64,000 bases of DNA, taken from positions 13,271 through 77,270 of the forward strand of contig JBBRXB010000004.1 in the NCBI GenBank assembly GCA_038248915.1, written 5' to 3'. Source of the DNA: Candidatus Limnocylindrales bacterium. GTDB lineage: Bacteria > Chloroflexota > Limnocylindria > Limnocylindrales > CSP1-4. Below, in pieces: positions 57,864-64,000 of this stretch. Made by a program: the position numbers and the translations under genes. The first letter of the stretch is position 1. The number at the start of each line of letters is the position of its first letter. The notes under the pieces were generated by a model. It did no database searches. It was not told where the DNA came from and saw only the letters and a list, made by a program, of their open reading frames with translations.

Positions 57864-58952
57864 GTGTCGGGTAGGCGCCGACCATTGATTGCGCACGTAG
57901 CGGCGGCCGCGGGAGTCTCTCCAACGACTGTTTCGCATGTGTACAGCGGGCGCCGCCCAGTACGCCGAGAAACCGCGGACGTCGTCAAGGCCGCGGCACA
58001 CAGGCTTGGCTATGTTCCCCACCATCCTGCCCAGAGTCTCGCCCGGGGCTCAAGCCGCACATTGGGCCTGGTGGTCGCGGATGTTTCGAGTTCGTATTTC
58101 GGTGAACTTGCCAAGGGGGTCGACGACGCCGCCCATGATCTGGGTTTCAGCGTCCTCTTGGCAAACACCAACTGGGACCGGGAGCGCGAGGCGAGCGCGA
58201 TTCGGCTACTGACGTCAGGGCACACGGACGGTCTGATCTACGGCGCTGGTGGACCGCTCTCGGTTCGGCGCCTGCGACGACTGATGCTTGGCTCGCCGAT
58301 CGTCGTCGTCGATGAGTCCATCCGGGGACTGAATGCAGATGAAGTCGTGAGCGACAATCGGGCCGGTGGACGACTAGTAGGCGAACACTTGGCCGCCCTT
58401 GGTCATGCTTCGGCCCTGTACCTCGGCGGGCCGGAAGGTCTTGCAACTTCCCGAGAGCGACTGGCTGGGTTCGAGGAGGGGTTCTCCGCGAGCGGTCGAC
58501 GCCCCGTACGAATTCGGGCGCGCTATGCGGACTACCGCCTGGAAGGCGCTCGAACTGCCGTAGATTCTGAAATGGCCGTCGGCTTAGATTGGACTGCGAT
58601 CTTCGCCGGAAACGACTTGATGGCGGTCGGTGCAATCGAAGCCCTGACACAAGGGGGGTACCGAACGCCTCAAGACGTGTCGGTCGCCGGATTCGATGAC
58701 ACGATCCTAGCCAGACATTTTCACCCCAGACTCACAACAGTCCGCCAGCACGCATACGAACTCGGACGGGTGGCCGCCGAGACGCTCGTGTCTCGGATTC
58801 TGCGCAAGGAGGTCCCGTCCTCTCGACGCGTCGTCCTCGGCGTCGAGTTGCTCATCGGGAAGTCAACAGGTCGCGCCGCCGACCCTTCGGGCCCAGGTAG
58901 CGCCGGTGAGAACAACCTCGACCGACCTGTCCTACCAGAGGCGGCAGAATGA
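57864..58952 (+). CDS. LacI-family transcriptional regulator
   Basis: GTG start. HTH IAHVAAAAGVSPTTVSHVYSG. Periplasmic-binding-fold effector domain. Confidence 0.85.
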   Translation: MSGRRRPLIAHVAAAAGVSPTTVSHVYSGRRPVRRETADVVKAAAHRLGYVPHHPAQSLARGSSRTLGLVVADVSSSYFGELAKGVDDAAHDLGFSVLLANTNWDREREASAIRLLTSGHTDGLIYGAGGPLSVRRLRRLMLGSPIVVVDESIRGLNADEVVSDNRAGGRLVGEHLAALGHASALYLGGPEGLATSRERLAGFEEGFSASGRRPVRIRARYADYRLEGARTAVDSEMAVGLDWTAIFAGNDLMAVGAIEALTQGGYRTPQDVSVAGFDDTILARHFHPRLTTVRQHAYELGRVAAETLVSRILRKEVPSSRRVVLGVELLIGKSTGRAADPSGPGSAGENNLDRPVLPEAAE

Positions 58953-59914
58953 CCGTCTACATCGGTGGCAGCCGGCTGTTGCGTGGCCTCAGCGACTCGG
59001 GATTTTGGAGGACCAAGGCCGTATGGCTCGTCCTGGCGGCCGTCTATCTCATCGGACTCAGCGTCGCCCCTGGCGTGGCACAGCCATCGGCCATTCCTTC
59101 GTTCCTACGGCTGGCCGCTCCCCTGCTGGCGGTTGCCCTAGGTCAGACCATCCTGATCATCGGACGGTCGTTCGACCTGTCAGTTGGGGGCGTCGTCGGT
59201 CTCGTTAACGTGCTGGCTGCCGGTGCTTTCGCGGTTCGGTTTGGGCCTATCGCCACGGTTGCACTGTGTTTGCTCGTCGGCGTGGCGGTCGGATTGATCA
59301 ACGGCGTGGCCGTTGTCTACGGTCGCGCATCGCCATTCGTCGTGACGCTTGGTACTGGTTTTTTCCTAACCGGCGCTGCTCTCGTCTATTCGGGCGGTGC
59401 GCCGACGGGCAGCTTGCCTGAAGCTATCGCCGCGCTGTCGTCGCAGACCTTACTTGGCATCCCGATCGACATCTACATCATCGGTCTCCTCTACATAGGT
59501 GCTTGGTTCGTTCTGAACCGAACATGGATCGGACGCCACATCTACGCGAGGGGAATCAGCAGCGAGGCAGCCCGGATCAGCGGCGTTAGCATCGGACTTG
59601 TCCAGGTTGGGTCATTCGTGTTTTGTGGCACCTGCGCGGCCCTGGGTGGCCTGTTTCTCGCGGGATTCGTAGGCCAAGGCTCGTTGGGGGCGGGTCAGGA
59701 TCTACTTCTCAACTCAATCGCGGCCGTCGTCGTTGGTGGAACCACATTTGAGGGCGGCGAAGGAGGTGTTGTTGGAACGATCGGAGGCGCGCTCCTATTC
59801 ACACTACTCGGGTCAGTCCTGATTGCGATCGGGCTTGGATCAGCCGGTACCGCGATTGCTACTGGGGTCGTACTGCTCGCAGCTGCGACGCTCTTCCGAG
59901 GCAGCGACTCATGA
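58949..59914 (+). CDS. Monosaccharide ABC transporter permease (RbsC/XylH-like)
   Basis: ATG overlaps the LacI stop. 321 aa, polytopic. Confidence 0.8.
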   Translation: MTVYIGGSRLLRGLSDSGFWRTKAVWLVLAAVYLIGLSVAPGVAQPSAIPSFLRLAAPLLAVALGQTILIIGRSFDLSVGGVVGLVNVLAAGAFAVRFGPIATVALCLLVGVAVGLINGVAVVYGRASPFVVTLGTGFFLTGAALVYSGGAPTGSLPEAIAALSSQTLLGIPIDIYIIGLLYIGAWFVLNRTWIGRHIYARGISSEAARISGVSIGLVQVGSFVFCGTCAALGGLFLAGFVGQGSLGAGQDLLLNSIAAVVVGGTTFEGGEGGVVGTIGGALLFTLLGSVLIAIGLGSAGTAIATGVVLLAAATLFRGSDS

Positions 59915-59936
59915 TGCTTCACTAAGGAGAATCCGA

Positions 59937-61172
59937 ATGACCGTCCCATATCGCCCAACGTCTCGACGGGTCAAGAGATCACCCTGGCTCGGATTGGCCG
60001 CCGCCGCTCTCGCCATCTCCGCATGTAGTTCCTCGGGCTCGGCGACGACGGTCCCGAGCACGGCAGCAACTAGCCTCGCAACCTCGACCTCGGCACCCCC
60101 GACCGAACCCGCGGCGAGCGCAGTCAGTAGCCCCTCCGCTGCGGCTGCCTCAATCGAGCTCTTTCCGGGCATGGCAAGTGCCGCCGCGGCAGACACGGTT
60201 GACACCACTCCTTGGAAGAAGGATTTGACGCGACCCAAGATCGGCTATGCGATAAACGGCTTGGTCAATAGTTTTCAGGTACAGCGTCTGGAATCTGCAA
60301 AGCTTGTCGCCGCCGAACTTGGTGCCGATTTCGTGGTCGCCAACGCCGACAACGACGCGAACAAGCAGGTCTCGGATGTCCAGGATCTCCTGGCCCAGGG
60401 CGTCGATGCGCTCATGATCTCGCCCATCAATCCCGACGCCCTAAAAGGAGTGCTTGGCCAAGCCAGCGCTGCCAAAGTGCCAGTGGTGGTGGAGGGACAG
60501 AACGTCGCGCCCAGCCCCGATGTGACGTCGCAGATATTCTATAGCAACGTCGCCTTCGGGAAAGTCGGCGGACAAGGCTTGTGCGATATTCTCGGAGGCC
60601 ATGGCAACGTGGTCATGCTCCGAGGGATTGCTGGCTACCAGGCCGAGAAGGATCGCTATGACGCCGCCAAGCAGGTCATGGAGGGTTGCGGTCTCAAGGT
60701 GATCGGTGAGGCCTACGGTGACTGGAGCTTCGCTGGTGGCCTCAAGGCCACGCAGACCCTCCTCCAGAAGTACCCGAACATCGATGGCGTGTGGTCAAGT
60801 GGGTCGGAGATGACTCGCGCAGCCATCCAGGTTTTCCAGCAGGCGAACCGGCCGCTGGTACCGATGACCGGAGAAAGCGAGAACGGATATCTGCAGATCT
60901 GGCAGTCATCAGGGCTAAAGGGCGTGGCGCCGATCTTCCCGACCTGGCAGACGCCGGAGGCGGTGAAGGTTGCGTTGAAGATCCTCCGCGGGGAGCCCGT
61001 TCTAGCTCAATACGACTTGCAGCTTCCGCCCATCACCAATGAGAATCTTGGTCAGTTCGTGAAGGCGGACCTTTCCAAGGACTGGTGGAGCGACGGATTC
61101 GTGGGAGCGGATGGGACCGTCACCTCATACCTGACGCCAGAACAAGTCAAGCAGATCTTTCCAGGCGGCTGA
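59937..61172 (+). CDS. Sugar ABC transporter substrate-binding lipoprotein (PBP1 type)
   Basis: ATG 59937 preceded by AAGGAGA. Signal ..LGLAAAALAISACSSSGS. Confidence 0.8.
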   Translation: MTVPYRPTSRRVKRSPWLGLAAAALAISACSSSGSATTVPSTAATSLATSTSAPPTEPAASAVSSPSAAAASIELFPGMASAAAADTVDTTPWKKDLTRPKIGYAINGLVNSFQVQRLESAKLVAAELGADFVVANADNDANKQVSDVQDLLAQGVDALMISPINPDALKGVLGQASAAKVPVVVEGQNVAPSPDVTSQIFYSNVAFGKVGGQGLCDILGGHGNVVMLRGIAGYQAEKDRYDAAKQVMEGCGLKVIGEAYGDWSFAGGLKATQTLLQKYPNIDGVWSSGSEMTRAAIQVFQQANRPLVPMTGESENGYLQIWQSSGLKGVAPIFPTWQTPEAVKVALKILRGEPVLAQYDLQLPPITNENLGQFVKADLSKDWWSDGFVGADGTVTSYLTPEQVKQIFPGG

Positions 61173-61181
61173 GTAGTCGCC

Positions 61182-62678
61182 GTGGTCGTACCACTCCTCG
61201 AGGTGAAGGACGTCACCAAGACGTTTGGAGGCACCAGGGCCGTGGACGGAGTGTCGATTGCGATTGCTGTCGGCCTCGTCCATGCCCTGGTAGGAGAAAA
61301 TGGGGCAGGCAAGTCCACACTACTGAGGATCCTTGGCGGAATCATCCGCCCAGATCGAGGCGAGATACGGCTCGACGGTACGCCGATCACCTTTCGAGGG
61401 CCTGCCGACGCGCAAGGCAATGGTGTGCAGATTGTGCACCAAGAACTGGCGCTCCTGCCAGAGCTGACCGTCGCCGAGAACGTGATGATAGGCGCGGTCC
61501 CAACTCGGCCCCCCGGACTCTTACGTCGACGCGATCTGTCGGATCATGCCCGTCAGGTCTTGACTCGACTCGGGCGCCATATCGACGTGAATCGCCGGAT
61601 CGAGGGGTTGTCGACTGCGGACCAGCAGATCATCGAGATCGCGCGCGCGCTCACGCGCAACGCGCGCGTGCTGATCCTCGACGAGCCTACCGCGGCGCTT
61701 GGTACCGCGGATACGCATCGGCTCCTGGACCTACTGAGAGAGCTCGCACAAACCGGCGTTGCGATCGTCTACGTCAGCCATCGGATCGGCGAGGTGCTGC
61801 GTATCGCCGATGAAGTAACGGTGCTAAAGGACGGCAGGCTTACTGCCGCCGCCATACCGGCGACGGGCCTCTCGGGAGATAGGCTGATCAGCTTGATGGT
61901 CGGCCGCCCGATCGAGGATCTGTTTCCACCTCGGAACCTCCAGCCGGACGTGACCGAGTCCGACACTTTCTTCTCCGTGGAGCACGTCGTCCTGCCACCG
62001 GCAGTGCGCGATGTCTCAGTGGTGGTACGAGCTGGAGAGATTCTGGGGATCTACGGGCTGGACGGGCAAGGGCAGAGCGAGTTCCTAGGATGTATTGGGG
62101 GCAGGCTCCGACCAACGGCCGGCAGGATAATGTTGGGCGGTCGGCTCGCTCCGATTGGGGATGCACGGCGTCTCATCCGGGCAGGTATCGGTTACCTGCC
62201 ACCCGACAGAAAACGCGAGGGGCTCCTGCTCCCAGCGAGCGGGATACACAACATCTCATTGCCTATCGCACGAGGGCGCCTCAGTCGACTTGGGGTTGTC
62301 AATCGACGGACCGAGCGAATTGTCACCACCGACGCGGCCGAAACGGCACGTGTTACCGGCAACCTCGGTGGTGCGGCCTCGAGCTTTAGTGGCGGGAACC
62401 AACAGAAACTGCTGCTTGCCAGATTGATCGCGTCAAATGTGGCCGTGCTCGCGCTTGACCAGCCGACGCGAGGCGTAGACGTTGGGGCCAAAGCCGAAAT
62501 CTATCGCCTGATCCGGGATTCGTGCGCAAAGGGTGTCGCCGCCGTCGTTGTCAGCCAGGAGATCGCCGAGCTCATTGGCTTGTGCGACCGAATCGTGGTC
62601 ATGCGCCAAGGTCGATTGGTCGGCGAGCTTCTCACCAACGGGATCGACGAGGAGACGGTCCTCAAGATGGCAGTTTGA
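61182..62678 (+). CDS. Sugar ABC transporter ATP-binding protein (duplicated ATPase, RbsA-like)
   Basis: GENGAGKST, ILDEPTAAL. Second half has FSGGNQQK and LALDQPTRGVD. Confidence 0.85.
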   Translation: MVVPLLEVKDVTKTFGGTRAVDGVSIAIAVGLVHALVGENGAGKSTLLRILGGIIRPDRGEIRLDGTPITFRGPADAQGNGVQIVHQELALLPELTVAENVMIGAVPTRPPGLLRRRDLSDHARQVLTRLGRHIDVNRRIEGLSTADQQIIEIARALTRNARVLILDEPTAALGTADTHRLLDLLRELAQTGVAIVYVSHRIGEVLRIADEVTVLKDGRLTAAAIPATGLSGDRLISLMVGRPIEDLFPPRNLQPDVTESDTFFSVEHVVLPPAVRDVSVVVRAGEILGIYGLDGQGQSEFLGCIGGRLRPTAGRIMLGGRLAPIGDARRLIRAGIGYLPPDRKREGLLLPASGIHNISLPIARGRLSRLGVVNRRTERIVTTDAAETARVTGNLGGAASSFSGGNQQKLLLARLIASNVAVLALDQPTRGVDVGAKAEIYRLIRDSCAKGVAAVVVSQEIAELIGLCDRIVVMRQGRLVGELLTNGIDEETVLKMAV

Positions 62679-63691
62679 TGATGGGGAACCGAATCCGATC
62701 TCTTCCATTCCCAGGCGTGGATCCGTTGGCCATCCCCGCTGGGGTATTTGTGTTGCTACTGATCGCGGCTGGCAGCGCGTCTTCGACAACGTACCTGACC
62801 CCAACCAACGCCGGCAACGTTCTCATCCAGATCACGCCACTTCTCATAGTGGCGATCGGTCAGACTCTGGTCATTTCGTCCGCGGGGATCGACCTGTCGG
62901 TGGGTTCAGTCGTAAGCCTCGCCTCGGTCGTGTTCGCATCTTTGTTCGCGCAGCTCGGTCTGCCCTTGGCGATCGCAGCCGCCCTGGCAGCATGCTTATC
63001 CGCCGGGATTGCGAACGGGCTCCTCGTCTCCCGTGGACTTGATCCGTTCCTTGCCACCCTTGCGACACTCTCAATAGTTCAGGGGGTCGCCTTCACAATC
63101 CTCGAAGTCCCGGGCGGATCGGTCCCGGCTGAGCTTGGCGCGCTGTCGGGTTTCATGGGAGGCGCTGTTCCGGTTGCTCTACCGCTATTGGTTGGTTTTG
63201 TCGGTCTGGCGGCTGTCTTGCTCCGCGGGACCAAGGTTGGACTGGATATCTTGAGCACGGGCAGCAACTCGGCGGTCGCCCGCCTACTCGGTGTGCCGGT
63301 GTCGCGTGCCCGCCTTATCGCGTACGGTCTTTCGGCCCTGTTCGCCGGGCTCGCCGGTATCTTCCTGACCTCCCGGACGCTCAGCGGGGATCCGCTCGCT
63401 GGCACGAGCTTCACCCTCGACTCGATTGCTGCCGTGGTGCTCGGTGGCACCGCTCTCACTGGGGGTCGCGCCACGATCCTTGGCACCTGCCTCGGCGCGC
63501 TGGCGATAGGCCTTTTGTCGAATGTCATGAACTACGCGCAGATCTCCACCTACTATCAAACTGGGTTCAAGGGCGCGCTTGTCATCGTTGCGGTCGTCGC
63601 GCCGCACGTCGCCGTCCAGATTCTCGATCGACTACGAGATGTCCGTGCGACGCGAAGGATCCTAGGTGCTGCATCCGAAGAGGCAGCCTGA
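62678..63691 (+). CDS. Monosaccharide ABC transporter permease (second)
   Basis: ATG overlaps the ATPase stop (TGATG). Polytopic. Confidence 0.8.
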   Translation: MMGNRIRSLPFPGVDPLAIPAGVFVLLLIAAGSASSTTYLTPTNAGNVLIQITPLLIVAIGQTLVISSAGIDLSVGSVVSLASVVFASLFAQLGLPLAIAAALAACLSAGIANGLLVSRGLDPFLATLATLSIVQGVAFTILEVPGGSVPAELGALSGFMGGAVPVALPLLVGFVGLAAVLLRGTKVGLDILSTGSNSAVARLLGVPVSRARLIAYGLSALFAGLAGIFLTSRTLSGDPLAGTSFTLDSIAAVVLGGTALTGGRATILGTCLGALAIGLLSNVMNYAQISTYYQTGFKGALVIVAVVAPHVAVQILDRLRDVRATRRILGAASEEAA

Positions 63692-63777
63692 TGAGGGGGT
63701 GCCTCCGAACGGTATTGGGCGATATCGACATATCCGGAGTGGGCCACACGCAACCCCATGAGCACCTTGTCGCCGAT

Positions 63778-64000
63778 TCATCGATCCAAGCACAGCGCTT
63801 GGCCACGAGTAGCGAGGCGACACTCGAGACCGCCGGCATCTACGAGCGCGATCGGCATCGGATCACAGAGCCGATCAATCTCCACAATCACTACTGGATT
63901 CGTCGGCATGTCTTCAATACGCACAACCTCGCTCTTGATGACCAATCGACGATGGTCGCTGAACTGGGGCTCTTCCGGGACCGTGGCGGCCACGCGATAG
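63778..64000 (-). CDS. 3' end of an unidentified gene running in from beyond the window
   Basis: Open minus frame ..VIKSEVVRIEDMPTNPVVIVEIDRLCDPMPIALVDAGGLECRL.. ending at TGA 63778. Only moderate codon bias. Confidence 0.3.
   Translation of the reverse strand, partial: YRVAATVPEEPQFSDHRRLVIKSEVVRIEDMPTNPVVIVEIDRLCDPMPIALVDAGGLECRLATRGQALCLDR

Noticed and set aside
63556-63777. Protein-like reading (IGDKVLMGLRVAHSGYVDIAQYRSE..) continuing in frame after the TGA at 63778. This suggested a nonsense-mutated or recoded gene.
   Set aside because: The continuation would overlap the convergent permease gene by more than 130 nt before reaching a stop. Codon bias there follows the permease strand. 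It is most simply explained as a genuine stop at 63778.

Overview
High-GC bacterial chromosome segment; I could not assign the lineage from this window, and I found no rRNA, tRNA or CRISPR array. It has three parts.
(1) 1-22.7 kb is core: gcvT-gcvH-gcvPA-gcvPB, two tandem five-gene Opp/Dpp-type peptide ABC importer operons plus a convergent orphan binding protein, a two-gene glutamine-dependent NAD synthetase (nitrilase-like glutaminase + nadE), rsmI and a CaCA cation/H+ antiporter.
(2) 22.8-50.3 kb is accessory DNA. An ssb paralogue on the minus strand is cut into three in-phase pieces by two insertions, each carrying a large serine recombinase (LSR).
- The first is a 12.3-kb element (23139-35470) with recognisable attL/attR. 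It encodes an LSR, an XRE regulator, a zinc-finger/Toprim/P-loop primase-helicase, a terS-like HTH protein, an m6A-type methyltransferase fused in operon to a DUF262-HNH nuclease, and an uncharacterised three-gene cassette whose proteins share a C-terminal winged-helix module (one with a HEPN-like RNNRGVGH motif).
- The second is a 1.29-kb insertion (35557-36847) that contains nothing but a second LSR gene.
- Further right lie small HTH/zinc-ribbon genes, an iteron-like repeat cluster, a RadC/JAB protein, a tyrosine recombinase, a methyltransferase-Mrr fusion and an IS110/IS256 graveyard.
(3) 50.3-64 kb is a LacI-controlled sugar ABC importer, divergent from a catabolic operon (hydrolase, aldehyde dehydrogenase, FAH-family hydrolase, FAD/Fe-S oxidase, 2-hydroxyacid dehydrogenase).
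All family assignments rest on motifs read by eye. No searches were run.
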